64,000 nucleotides of DNA from Acidobacteriota bacterium (GTDB lineage: Bacteria > Acidobacteriota > UBA6911): assembly GCA_963664705.1 (NCBI GenBank), contig OY761556.1:928001-992000 (forward strand), given 5' to 3'. Under the pieces are notes generated by a model. It did no database searches. It was not told the origin of the DNA and worked only from the letters and a program-made list of their open reading frames with translations. Position numbers and translations under genes: made by a program. Each line of letters opens with the position of its first letter. Position 1 is the first letter of the stretch. Below are positions 20,383 through 30,052 of this stretch, piece by piece.

Positions 20383-22104
20383 TTAACCTAGAACAAGGCT
20401 TTCGGCACGCTGGGGCGTAGCGCATTGGTTCGAATTGCCCAGCAGGCCATCTTCGAACAGCGCCTTGGTCCTCCGCCGCTGCAGCTTTCCGCTGGAAGTC
20501 TTGGGAATGGATCCTCGCCCGACCAGGACAACCTTATCCACGGAAAGGCTAAAGGCAGAACGAACCTGGTCACTAACGGCGCGGGCCAATGCCACATTAT
20601 CCTGCATGGTGGTTTCTGCGATGATGATCAGCTTCTCGGTGGATTCCCCATCAACCGAGAATGCCACGACGCTTCCTTTTCGGATTCCGGATATCTCCTC
20701 GACCACCCACTCAATGGCCTGTGGCGGATAGTTGCGTCCATTGATGATAACCAGATCCTTCTGTCTGCCCGAAATATATAGATCCCCGTTCAGGATGAAT
20801 CCGAGATCCCCTGTGTGCAGCCATCCCCCTTTCAGGAGCTGGCTGGAGGCCTCCGGGTTTTGAAAGTAGCCGGGAGTGACGCTGGGGCCCTTGAACACAA
20901 TTTCGCCGACCTTCCCCTCGGGGAGCGATTTGCCCTTCTCATCCAGAATTCTGAGTTCGTGTTCTCTGAAGGTCCGTCCGCAGGAAACGAGTTCAAATCT
21001 CTTCTTGGGATCTCCGTCGTCATCACCATTCAATGGCACCGCAACGTTTTTTGACTCGTACAGATGCCGGTTGAGTACCAGCTTTCGTACGGGGCGGTGC
21101 AAATGATCAAACGCGATCGCAAGCGTCGCCTCGGCCATCCCGTAGCAAGGCATGATGGCGTGCGATTTGAGTCCCCAGGGTTCGAAGGTGGACAGGAATT
21201 TTTCCATTGTCCTGGGATTGATCGGTTCGGCGCCGCATCCCAATACACGCAGGCACGACAGATCCAGTTCCATCCTGGACTTTTTCGGTGCGCGCTTGGT
21301 CGCAAGATCGAATGCGAAGTTGGGGCCGAAGGTAATCGATGCCCGATATTTGTGTACTGTTTCCATCCAAACCGCGGGGTGTTTTACAAATGCAATCGTC
21401 GGAATGAATATCGCCGGTATCTGCGCCACGAGAGTCGAAATGACGAATCCGATCAAACCCATGTCGTGATACAACGGAAGCCAGGAAACCGCCCGGTCAA
21501 AATCCGGCTTTATCTCCAGGGTCTCGATAATTGCATGAGCATTTGCAATGAGGTTGCGGTGCGTTACCACAACGCCGCGCGGAGCCGAGGTGGATCCGGA
21601 GGTGAACTGAAGGAAACATGGATCGTCAGGCTTGATAGTGAATTCCTGCAGAACGATATCCGGGTCGGCATTTCTCAGCCGCTGAACATTCAACAGCTCT
21701 TTTAGTGCAGGCAGACGGGAGAGAAGAGGATCCAGGACAGGGATAAAATCCCCGGTGGTGATCAACGCATTCGCGCCGGAAACACGCAGGATACCGGTCG
21801 CCCGCTCGAGATAGTTGTCCATTCGGCCAAGCGCCAGCGGGGGATAAAGCGGAACGGGCATAAGCCCGGCAACGATGGTGCCCAGGAATGTGAGGACAAA
21901 GTCTTCCGGAGAGTTCAGCACAAGGGCAACACGGTCTCCCTTTGCCAGACCCATCGCCTGGAGAGAAGCTCCGATGCGCTTCGCTTCCTTAAAAACGTCG
22001 GCAAAAGACCAGTCCGTGGGATTCAGGTCGTTATCAAGGAACGTATAGCCTTTGTGCGTTATAGACGAAGCCGCATCGCGGGCATCGGTAAGCGTTCCTA
22101 ACAT
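20383..22104 (-). CDS. Fatty acyl-AMP ligase (acyl-ACP synthetase)
   Basis: FLQFTSGST, SWLPLYHDMGLIG, YGMAEAT followed by FAAL-type insertion, PKTSSGKLQR. Confidence 0.9.
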   Translation of the reverse strand: MLGTLTDARDAASSITHKGYTFLDNDLNPTDWSFADVFKEAKRIGASLQAMGLAKGDRVALVLNSPEDFVLTFLGTIVAGLMPVPLYPPLALGRMDNYLERATGILRVSGANALITTGDFIPVLDPLLSRLPALKELLNVQRLRNADPDIVLQEFTIKPDDPCFLQFTSGSTSAPRGVVVTHRNLIANAHAIIETLEIKPDFDRAVSWLPLYHDMGLIGFVISTLVAQIPAIFIPTIAFVKHPAVWMETVHKYRASITFGPNFAFDLATKRAPKKSRMELDLSCLRVLGCGAEPINPRTMEKFLSTFEPWGLKSHAIMPCYGMAEATLAIAFDHLHRPVRKLVLNRHLYESKNVAVPLNGDDDGDPKKRFELVSCGRTFREHELRILDEKGKSLPEGKVGEIVFKGPSVTPGYFQNPEASSQLLKGGWLHTGDLGFILNGDLYISGRQKDLVIINGRNYPPQAIEWVVEEISGIRKGSVVAFSVDGESTEKLIIIAETTMQDNVALARAVSDQVRSAFSLSVDKVVLVGRGSIPKTSSGKLQRRRTKALFEDGLLGNSNQCATPQRAESLVLG

Positions 22105-22333
22105 AAACTCCCCATAAGACCGAAACGCGTCACGTTAACGCTTGATTTCCTAATTATTAGCCATGGGCAAATCGAAAATCCGGCCGCCTCGAGTGCCTGT
22201 GGGCTGCTATCAATAAACATATCCGGATGACGCATCGAACATAGCCTTTTTCTGTCAGACTTGCAATGAGTTTCCGTTATTCGGCCTTCCATTTGTTTGC
22301 ATATCCCAGGATTAGAATTTCGTAATGTAAGGG

Positions 22334-23326
22334 TCACAGCCACCCATGGTTCCGGTACCATTCGACGGTGCTCCGCATGCCGTCTTGCAGGTTGATTTGC
22401 GGACTAAACCCCAGGAGCTTGCGTGCCTTCGTTGTGTTGCATAGCCAGCAGGGGTGCAGGAGTTCCCTTACTTTCTGGCTGCTGACCGTTGAGGGTCGCT
22501 TGGTAATGCCCGCCCACAAATCCCCGGCAAAACCAGCCATCTTGGCAATAAGCGGCGGGAAAGCAATTCTGCGATATGTTTTGGCCAACTCCTGAGCGAT
22601 CGTGCGACCGACTTCATCCCAGGTATATATTTCCTCACGCGAAATAAAGAAGACCTCGCCCGAGGCGATGGATAGCTCTCCGGCAAGGATAAGGGCATCG
22701 GCCAAGTCGTCGACATGGATGAGGCTGAAACGCCGTGTGAAGCGGCCTGGAGTAAAGAGACAGCCCCGCTGAATCATGCGGAAGATCAAAAGTGTTTCAC
22801 GATCGCCGGGTCCATAAACAGCGGAAGGACGCAGAATCGCAACGTGAAAAGCTTTGGCAAAGCGCAGCACCTCTGCCTCGGCCGCCAGTTTACTTTCTCC
22901 GTACCAGGAAATCGGCTTGGGCGGATAGTCTTCGGTGAGGCCCGTTCCATCGGAGCTTGGACCGGCGGCGGCAAGGCTGCTCACGTGAACAAAGCGGCGA
23001 ATACCGGAACTTTCCGAAAGAGCTTCCAGGAGTTGTCGTGTGCCGATCTGGTTGGTTTGGAAAAAGGCATCGCGATTGGCGGCCTTGATGGCTCCGGCAA
23101 CATGATAAACAGTTTCGATCCCCGTTACAGCCTTGCGCATGCCTGCCGCATTTCCCAGATCTGCGAGTTGCAGCCGGATCGGCATTTTTGCGAGCGCGCG
23201 CGTGTCACTCGTGCTGCGCACGAGGCAGGTAACCGCATAGCCCTTTTCAATCAGTTTCCGGACGAGGTTGATTCCGACGAATCCTGTCGCACCTGTAACC
23301 AGCACTGCGGGTTTTATTTCAGTCAT
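22334..23326 (-). CDS. NAD-dependent epimerase/dehydratase, probable ceramide reductase-like
   Basis: TGATGFVG, VSSLAAAGP, YGESK; cluster context. Confidence 0.8.
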   Translation of the reverse strand: MTEIKPAVLVTGATGFVGINLVRKLIEKGYAVTCLVRSTSDTRALAKMPIRLQLADLGNAAGMRKAVTGIETVYHVAGAIKAANRDAFFQTNQIGTRQLLEALSESSGIRRFVHVSSLAAAGPSSDGTGLTEDYPPKPISWYGESKLAAEAEVLRFAKAFHVAILRPSAVYGPGDRETLLIFRMIQRGCLFTPGRFTRRFSLIHVDDLADALILAGELSIASGEVFFISREEIYTWDEVGRTIAQELAKTYRRIAFPPLIAKMAGFAGDLWAGITKRPSTVSSQKVRELLHPCWLCNTTKARKLLGFSPQINLQDGMRSTVEWYRNHGWL

Positions 23327-23438
23327 AGCGGTTTGTAGAATAGCGAATTCCGGGCTTCAGTTGCGAAAATAAAGGTGTACTTTAGCAGGTATCCGGAGCC
23401 TTCAGCAACCTTCCCTCCATACAGGCGCTCGGACCTGA

Positions 23439-25610
23439 CTAAAGAAGCAATACGGAGAGTAATAAAAGTGGAATCATGAGATAGGAAGTCATTGCCATGC
23501 CGACAAGAGGCGCAAAAAACAGGCTGGCCAGGATCGATCCAAGACAACCCCCGATAAGATCAGCGGCATAAAGGGGGGTAACTGCCGCACGTTGATCGGA
23601 TGCGTCGTGGAAGCCGGCGTAGGCGAAGATTGCGGCCACCAGGATTCCGGTCATGACCAGGAAGGCAAAGCACTGTGAAAGGGAGGCAATGGCTCCCGCC
23701 GCTATTTGCCTGCCCATTACTCCGCTAAGAATGACAAGGCTTCCCAACAGGAGGATGCCGAGAGTCTTGGGCGGATTGAGACTGAGCCTCTCAATGACAT
23801 AGCATCCCAACGCCAAACCGGCCATAAAGCCTGTAAGAAGAAGTCCCAGGTCTTGGAAGAGCACACCGCATTTGGTCTGGAAATATAAAATCAGCACGGT
23901 TTCCAAGGTCATTCCCGAAAAGGCGACAACTCCCATGAGCAGCGCGCGCCGGATTGGCCAGCGAGCCCAGGTCAGCAGCAATGCCGGGATGCTGATAGCC
24001 AGCAGCCAAAGTACTTTGCGGTCAAAACGGACTTCGGGAATGGAGGGATCCCAATACCGGGCGGATGGGAGCAGTTTGGAGAGCCAGATCATGGCGGTGT
24101 ACTGATAGCAAACAGGACGAATATCGGTGTTCATGGGTGCGCGGGAGGATTCAAGCGTTTTCGCGATTTCCTGAAAACGATCATTCGTGAATAGGTATCG
24201 CAGGTAAGGCGGCGATACAATTTTTGTCTTCAATTGCCTTTCGACAAATCTGGATGCCAGGAGCGCCGGATCCCTGGTAAGGGCTCCCATGGAACAGACA
24301 ACGACATTCGTGCTTCCGGGAATAAAAAGGACCTCTGAAAAAGCCGACCGGGCGGCACGGTAGATGCCTGTCATCCTTCGCGTCAATTGCGGACTCCAGA
24401 TGTTCTCGGACGATTGGAGGCTGAAGGCAATTACTCCATTCGGGTTCAGCTTTGCCCGGCACTGCCTGAAGAATTCGCTTGTGTAAAACCGATTGGCCTG
24501 TCCCGAGCTGGGTTCAGGCATGCCGATGAGAATCAAATCATAGGACAGGGCGGCTTCGAGAAACTGGCGGGGATCCGCGACAATGATCCGGACATTGCTT
24601 GCCTGCAGCGATTTTTGAATTTGCGGTGTCTGGTTGGGGGGCACCAAGTCCAACAGCGTTTGATTCAGCTCCACATAATCGACGACTTGGGGAGAGTGCA
24701 TCAAGACCTGGTAAACAGTGCCTTCAATGCCCCCGCCGAGGATAAGCACTCGCCGTGGATTGGAATGCTGGAGCGCCGCCAGATGAACAAATTCCTCCGG
24801 GCGTGTGGATTCCGTATCAAACAGCAGAGCATCATTCTCAAAAACGGAGACCTGCCCATCGAGAAACGTGACCGTGATTCTTGAATACGGGGAATCCTGG
24901 GCATCCACCAGCGTGGGATGGGTCCAGGCTGTCATTTGGCGGTCAAGCGTGGGAGCTTTCCATACCAGAAACATCAATCCGGCAACCAATGCCAGGGCAA
25001 GCGCCCGCATTTTTTCGAGGGAATGCCCGTCGAAATCCAGGAAGGAGCATCCGGCGGCGACCAATGCGCACAGGAGAGCAATAAGAAAATTCTGAAAACC
25101 GAAACGCAGCAGCAAGGTGGCGCTCAAACCGCCGGCAAGCCCGCCAATACTCTCAATGGCGTATGCCGTTGCCAGCGATCTTCCACTGTCAATCGCAACC
25201 CTGGCGCTCCAGCGGAAAAGAAGTCCGAGGAGCAAACCTACCGGAAGAATGGACGCACCGATTGCTGCAATCTGGGTGGGCAGGGGAAGATAGGCTCCAG
25301 GAAGATCGGTCAGCCGTAGCCGAATCGATCGGATAAAGGCGATGTCCAAAGGGAGAATGATGGCGAATAACAGGAAGAACAGGTTTATCAGAAAAATAGA
25401 CGGAGCGGATGACCGCGAGCGCCGGAGCAAGGTGCCGCATGCGGTTGAAAGCATCCATATCCCTAGTGCCAGTGTATAGACCAGTTCAATTCCATAAGAG
25501 GCCACGCTCAATTCGCGCAGCAGCACAACCTGCCCCAATATAGACAGGAATCCCACCCCCAGGAGATATCCAATGCTGGAGTCGGATCGACGCAATCCTT
25601 GCATAATCAT
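23439..25610 (-). CDS. Polytopic membrane protein with central spermidine-synthase-like SAM-binding domain
   Basis: N- and C-terminal TM blocks; SPY, ILGGG, YVELN, DPRQF, ANRFYT.EFF; start uncertain. Confidence 0.85.
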   Translation of the reverse strand: MIMQGLRRSDSSIGYLLGVGFLSILGQVVLLRELSVASYGIELVYTLALGIWMLSTACGTLLRRSRSSAPSIFLINLFFLLFAIILPLDIAFIRSIRLRLTDLPGAYLPLPTQIAAIGASILPVGLLLGLLFRWSARVAIDSGRSLATAYAIESIGGLAGGLSATLLLRFGFQNFLIALLCALVAAGCSFLDFDGHSLEKMRALALALVAGLMFLVWKAPTLDRQMTAWTHPTLVDAQDSPYSRITVTFLDGQVSVFENDALLFDTESTRPEEFVHLAALQHSNPRRVLILGGGIEGTVYQVLMHSPQVVDYVELNQTLLDLVPPNQTPQIQKSLQASNVRIIVADPRQFLEAALSYDLILIGMPEPSSGQANRFYTSEFFRQCRAKLNPNGVIAFSLQSSENIWSPQLTRRMTGIYRAARSAFSEVLFIPGSTNVVVCSMGALTRDPALLASRFVERQLKTKIVSPPYLRYLFTNDRFQEIAKTLESSRAPMNTDIRPVCYQYTAMIWLSKLLPSARYWDPSIPEVRFDRKVLWLLAISIPALLLTWARWPIRRALLMGVVAFSGMTLETVLILYFQTKCGVLFQDLGLLLTGFMAGLALGCYVIERLSLNPPKTLGILLLGSLVILSGVMGRQIAAGAIASLSQCFAFLVMTGILVAAIFAYAGFHDASDQRAAVTPLYAADLIGGCLGSILASLFFAPLVGMAMTSYLMIPLLLLSVLLL

Positions 25611-25714
25611 GGGGTCAACTGGTTTCCTATGGTTGCGCCAAAAAGCCCAAATATGCGGCAAAATCGCGCCTTATGGGTCTGTTTTTCCATTTCCACTCAC
25701 TACTATTGAATCTA

Positions 25715-27274
25715 TTATTTTTCTCCCGGTCCGCCACCGGCGAATTGCGATTCGCTGAAGACGTCTGCCTGAAAGATCTGGAATTCGGCGCCCTGTTTCC
25801 AACAGCCGGATGTGATGCCTGCCTTTCTGCAGAGATTGTCGAGCATCTCTGTCCGGCTCCACTTATTTTCGGTTGCCACCTGCGGCAGGAAGACGGCGGA
25901 GCGTCCTGCCTTGGACAGCAGCACGCCATCGCGGCCTACGACGATTTCACTGACAGAGGCTATGGGCTGCATCGGCGTGAGCACAGAAATTTCAATCTCC
26001 AGGTTCTTGAGTTCACTCCATTCCACGGGAGTGAATCTGGGATCACTGAATGCCGATTGCAGCGACATCATGCCGACGGTTTTGCTCAGTTCGGTATTGC
26101 TGGCCATTAGCCCGATGCATCCCCGCAATTCTCCTTTTTTGCGCAGCGTTACGAAAGCTCCCTGCCGCACTTTCAACCTGGCGGGGAAATCAACGGTTGG
26201 CTGCGGGGCCTGGGGGGATAGGTGGTGAAGGATGGTTGCCCTCGAGAGAGACAGAAGCATCTTCTTTTCGGCGGGCTGAAGCGGCGTTGTGCCCGAAAGC
26301 CCGGGGATTTCGCGATCCAGTGCCTGGGCCGACGCTGCGCCCGAATCCAGTACAACAGCTCCGTACCCTACAATACGGGACCGATCTCCGCCGGGCGTAT
26401 CTCCTGAGTTCGCATAACTCGCCACAAAAGCGCGCCTGGCTCCAAGGCTTTTGGCCGCAGTTATTCCGGCAATAATGGCCGCTTCTCCACACGCCCTTGT
26501 TGCAAGATTGGGCACATCCAGTTCTTTCATCGTGGAGGCAAATCGGACCGTGTCGAGGGATGCGATGGCGTCCAGCGTCTGGTGGTCTGTTTTGGATGCA
26601 TTTTCATAGGATGGATAGTGGGACAGGTCGGAGCTGATCACGATCAATGCGCGACGATTCTTCAGTACTTTGCCCAACGCTTTTCCAAACCGGACGCACA
26701 TATCGTAATCGGGCGGATGAATGATGGCCGGCACAACAAGGGCTTTGGGGAAGAGTACCTGGATAAACGGAAGCTGTACCTCGATGGAATGCTCGGCAAT
26801 ATGGACCTGTCGGCTCTGAACGCAATCCTTGCATTCAGATAGCAGCGCGGCGGTGAGATTGGTGTCAACGGGAATTTCGCCCAGAGGCGTGCGCAGAGCG
26901 CCGTAATTGCCGAGGGAAACGCCCCTAAAATCCCCGGTTGTATGATTCACGCCAAGAATGACGATGGTGTCATAATTGACTCCCATCGCCTGTCGATAAC
27001 CATTCGCGCAAATTTGCCCGGAGTAAACATACCCGGCATGGGGGACAAGGATGGCGATAGGATTGCCGGCATTTCCCGTGGCGGAGCGCTTTAGGTATGC
27101 TTCGATGGCAGATCTCAGTTTTTCCGGGTCCGAGGGATAAAACTGGCCTGCAACTGCCGGAGGGCGGACATCGGTTTCCGCGGCGGATCCGATTTGGACT
27201 CCACAGAGAAGCAATACCATGGTTGCCGGAAGCATTTTCCAGCGGATATGCAAAACCGGAGAGATAAATCTCAT
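25715..27274 (-). CDS. amrB: AmmeMemoRadiSam protein B (Memo) + protein A (AMMECR1) fusion with N-terminal signal peptide
   Basis: RPPAVAGQFYP, PHAGYVYSG, EHSIEVQLPF, SSDLSHY; GAFVTL..LRGCIG, DPRF, FLPQVA, LCRKAG. Confidence 0.93.
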   Translation of the reverse strand: MRFISPVLHIRWKMLPATMVLLLCGVQIGSAAETDVRPPAVAGQFYPSDPEKLRSAIEAYLKRSATGNAGNPIAILVPHAGYVYSGQICANGYRQAMGVNYDTIVILGVNHTTGDFRGVSLGNYGALRTPLGEIPVDTNLTAALLSECKDCVQSRQVHIAEHSIEVQLPFIQVLFPKALVVPAIIHPPDYDMCVRFGKALGKVLKNRRALIVISSDLSHYPSYENASKTDHQTLDAIASLDTVRFASTMKELDVPNLATRACGEAAIIAGITAAKSLGARRAFVASYANSGDTPGGDRSRIVGYGAVVLDSGAASAQALDREIPGLSGTTPLQPAEKKMLLSLSRATILHHLSPQAPQPTVDFPARLKVRQGAFVTLRKKGELRGCIGLMASNTELSKTVGMMSLQSAFSDPRFTPVEWSELKNLEIEISVLTPMQPIASVSEIVVGRDGVLLSKAGRSAVFLPQVATENKWSRTEMLDNLCRKAGITSGCWKQGAEFQIFQADVFSESQFAGGGPGEK

Positions 27275-27316
27275 GCCTTGCTCCTTCGATGGTCTGCGTG
27301 TCCTGCTATTTGCCTG

Positions 27317-28510
27317 CTACGCCCAGACTCCCGCGATTTCTTTCCCGCAGTATTTGCAGGTGCCTCGGTTCATATGGATGCCTGCTATGAAGATGGAACT
27401 TCGTTCGATGACGACCTTCCCGCATCTCGGGCAGTAGGTTTGATTCCCGGGATGGTTGGGGACATTCCCGACATAGGCGTAATGAATCCCCTTTTCCATT
27501 GCATAGTTCCTGAAGCGCTCCAACGTTGCGATGGGAGTCGGCGGCAGGTTCAGCAGCTGGTAGTCGGGATGAAAGCGCGTGAAATGGATCGGAACATCCG
27601 GGCCGATTTCGCCCATGATCCAATCCACGAGTCCCTGCAGCATTTTTTTTGAGTCATTCAACGTCGGGACAACGAGATTTACGATCTCGAGATGAATGCC
27701 GCTTCTGGCAATCTGGCGGATGCTGTTGAGAACGGGCTGAAGCTCGGCGCTGCAGACTCTCCTGTAGAAATCCGGGCTGAAACCTTTCAGATCGATTTTG
27801 ATGGCATCCAGAACGCGGCACAGCTCAGACAGCGGTTCCGTGTTCATGAATCCGCAGCTGACCATGACGCATCGCAATTTCCTTTTCCTTGCAAGTTCGG
27901 CGGTGTCGGCCAGATATTCGATAAACACTGTAGGTTCATTGTAGGTAAAAGCAATTACCGGGGATTGTTTGGATTCCGCAGTACTGACCAGTTCGGCCGG
28001 CTGCACAAAAGGAACGCTGAAGTCCTCCGGTCGTGATTGAGAGATCTCCCAGTTCTGACAGAATTTGCAATGCAGGGGGCATCCGGAGGTGGCGAATGAG
28101 AACGCCTCCGATCCCGGAAGAAAATGGTAGAAGGGCTTTTTCTCAATGGGATCCACATGGATGGCAACGGGCCTTCCGTAGACCAGGCTGCGCAGCTCGC
28201 CGTCAACATTCATCCGCGCCCGGCATTTCCCCCGATCTCCGCTTTTCAATATGCAGCCCTGGGCGCACAGAAGACACTTGATGAAAGCAGGCTTGCCCGT
28301 ATGCGCCGCCGCCCGGAGGTATGTTTGCTGTCCGTGACAGACAGAACAGGCGGTTCCAGTTGAGGTCGAGGCCCAGTAGCGGGCTTTCGGAGCCATCCGT
28401 GCCAGGTCGGAAGTGCGGTCGAAGAACGACGGGTAGGCAAAAGCCAGACCTGCTCCAACAGTGGAGCCAAGGCCGGCCGCTGAAATGAGGAATTTGCGTC
28501 GGGAGATCAT
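27317..28510 (-). CDS. amrS: AmmeMemoRadiSam radical SAM enzyme with Tat-like signal
   Basis: SRRKFL; DPIEKKPFYHF.PG, CPLHCKFCQNWEISQ, YNEPT, TYCPRCG. Confidence 0.93.
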   Translation of the reverse strand: MISRRKFLISAAGLGSTVGAGLAFAYPSFFDRTSDLARMAPKARYWASTSTGTACSVCHGQQTYLRAAAHTGKPAFIKCLLCAQGCILKSGDRGKCRARMNVDGELRSLVYGRPVAIHVDPIEKKPFYHFLPGSEAFSFATSGCPLHCKFCQNWEISQSRPEDFSVPFVQPAELVSTAESKQSPVIAFTYNEPTVFIEYLADTAELARKRKLRCVMVSCGFMNTEPLSELCRVLDAIKIDLKGFSPDFYRRVCSAELQPVLNSIRQIARSGIHLEIVNLVVPTLNDSKKMLQGLVDWIMGEIGPDVPIHFTRFHPDYQLLNLPPTPIATLERFRNYAMEKGIHYAYVGNVPNHPGNQTYCPRCGKVVIERSSIFIAGIHMNRGTCKYCGKEIAGVWA

Positions 28511-28592
28511 GCTGTCCTTCCGCTGCTACGATAATCCCCAGATAACCATGTGTCAATCAGCCGAACGTGGCCGAACGTGGCAGAAAAGCGGA

Positions 28593-28612
28593 GTATATCC
28601 ATATGGATATAC
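28593..28612. promoter_or_regulatory. Perfect 20-bp palindrome between divergent genes (putative operator)
   Basis: GTATATCCAT|ATGGATATAC. Confidence 0.55.
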
Positions 28613-28760
28613 CTAGGGCTAGATAAGAACCATATTTTCCGGGGGAATTACCCCCTGTCATGGTAAAATCGGCGAGCTTTACTAATCTGGCTTGGCTATT
28701 GGCGGCTTTACAGGATCGAAAGTTATCTTTTTACGTGGGTATGGAGGAGGGATAAGGGCG

Positions 28761-29012
28761 ATGAGTGATGAAGATATCAAAGCGGAACTCGAGAGATTGC
28801 GGGCGGAAAATGAAGCTCTCAAACGGTCTTCTTCCAAAGGACTGTCTTTGAGAGTAAGCGAAAAGGGCGCTGTTTCGGTATATGGACTCGGACGGTTTCC
28901 TGTCACGCTCTATAAGGAACAATGGCTTCGACTTCTGGATATGTCGGAAGATATCCGGATGTTCATCAATCAGAATGAAGCGCAGCTTAAATCCAAGGCC
29001 GCGCAGTCTTAA
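28761..29012 (+). CDS. Conserved small hypothetical protein
   Basis: Coiled coil + VSEKGAVSVYGLGRFPVTLYKEQW. Confidence 0.8.
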   Translation: MSDEDIKAELERLRAENEALKRSSSKGLSLRVSEKGAVSVYGLGRFPVTLYKEQWLRLLDMSEDIRMFINQNEAQLKSKAAQS

Positions 29013-29248
29013 TTTCCCGAAATCTCGCAGTACACCCTACACGATTCCGAAATTCTGCTGTATCGTTCCAATGAGGTGTATTCGGCAGATGCGAGCCGGG
29101 AGTCGGAATGCTTCTGCGCAACGGGGAGCATTCCGATTTCCGGCTCGACGGCCTTCTTCGGATCTCTCGCTTCAAGTTCCTTGACTTCTGACTCCTGAAA
29201 CAGTTCGTTCTGTGGTAACTTTTGGGGCAGCGTATGGAGGAGTATCCC

Positions 29249-29968
29249 ATGACGGACTATTCCATTCTTGAACGCGACCTCTGCGAAATTCTTAGCCTTT
29301 CGAAACGGCCTGTAGCTGTTACCTTTCGCAAAAACGCTCCTGCCGGAGTCGTCCGATTTGCCGGAGACGAACCCTCGGGGTGCAGTTTCTGGAAACTGGC
29401 GGCGGGAGGAATGACCTTTTATACGATTCCCGGCGACCATTGTCGTTGCGCTCTGGGACGATACACGCATGGATTTCCTCGGTTGCCCGGACACGATGGG
29501 GAATTGGAGAATGCGATTTCGATGCTGAGCAGTAGCGGCTATATAAAAATGGAAGAACTCCATTCCATGCCGCACCTCCGGGAGGCACCCCAGGCTGTCG
29601 TTTATTCTCCGCTGGGAAATGCTCCGGTGGATCCGGATTTGGTAATCATTGTTGCCCGTCCCATGCAAATCATGCTGCTGCAGGAATCGGCAATGCGTGC
29701 CGGCGTCGGGCTGCAGCTTTCGCTATTTGGCGGGCCGACGTGCATGTCACTTCCAGCCTCTCTGGGGCAGCATGGGATGATCACAAGTGCCGGTTGCCTG
29801 GGAAACCGTATGTACAATGAGCTCGGGGATGATGAGCTTTATGTCATCTTTCCGGGCAGCGTGCTGCAGAGAATTGCCGATGAGGTCCAGGGGATTGCCG
29901 AATCGACCGCAAGCAGAATGGAGTATTACAAAGGGCGTCGCAAATCTCTCGAGACTCCGCGGGAATAG
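29249..29968 (+). CDS. DUF169 family protein
   Basis: PVAV.F, GCSFW, C..G, DPDLVI, GCLGNRMY..L.DDE; RBS GGAGG. Confidence 0.85.
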   Translation: MTDYSILERDLCEILSLSKRPVAVTFRKNAPAGVVRFAGDEPSGCSFWKLAAGGMTFYTIPGDHCRCALGRYTHGFPRLPGHDGELENAISMLSSSGYIKMEELHSMPHLREAPQAVVYSPLGNAPVDPDLVIIVARPMQIMLLQESAMRAGVGLQLSLFGGPTCMSLPASLGQHGMITSAGCLGNRMYNELGDDELYVIFPGSVLQRIADEVQGIAESTASRMEYYKGRRKSLETPRE

Positions 29969-30052
29969 GTCTGATAATTCGTAAACCATACCTCTGATGA
30001 CTCCGGCTGCTGCCGGAGTTGGCGATGCTCCGTTCACAATTTCGAAGGAATC

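Noticed and set aside
29009-29668. 219-aa minus-strand ORF and similar long antisense ORFs (35393-36232, 38425-39396, 53443-54318)
   Set aside because: They overlap well-supported genes on the opposite strand.
29980-30020. Fluoride-riboswitch-like fragment (TAAACC...CTGATGACTCC) before the MFS gene
   Set aside because: The required 5' GATGG..TTC stem is not adjacent; more likely a simple hairpin (ACTCCGGC/GCCGGAGT).
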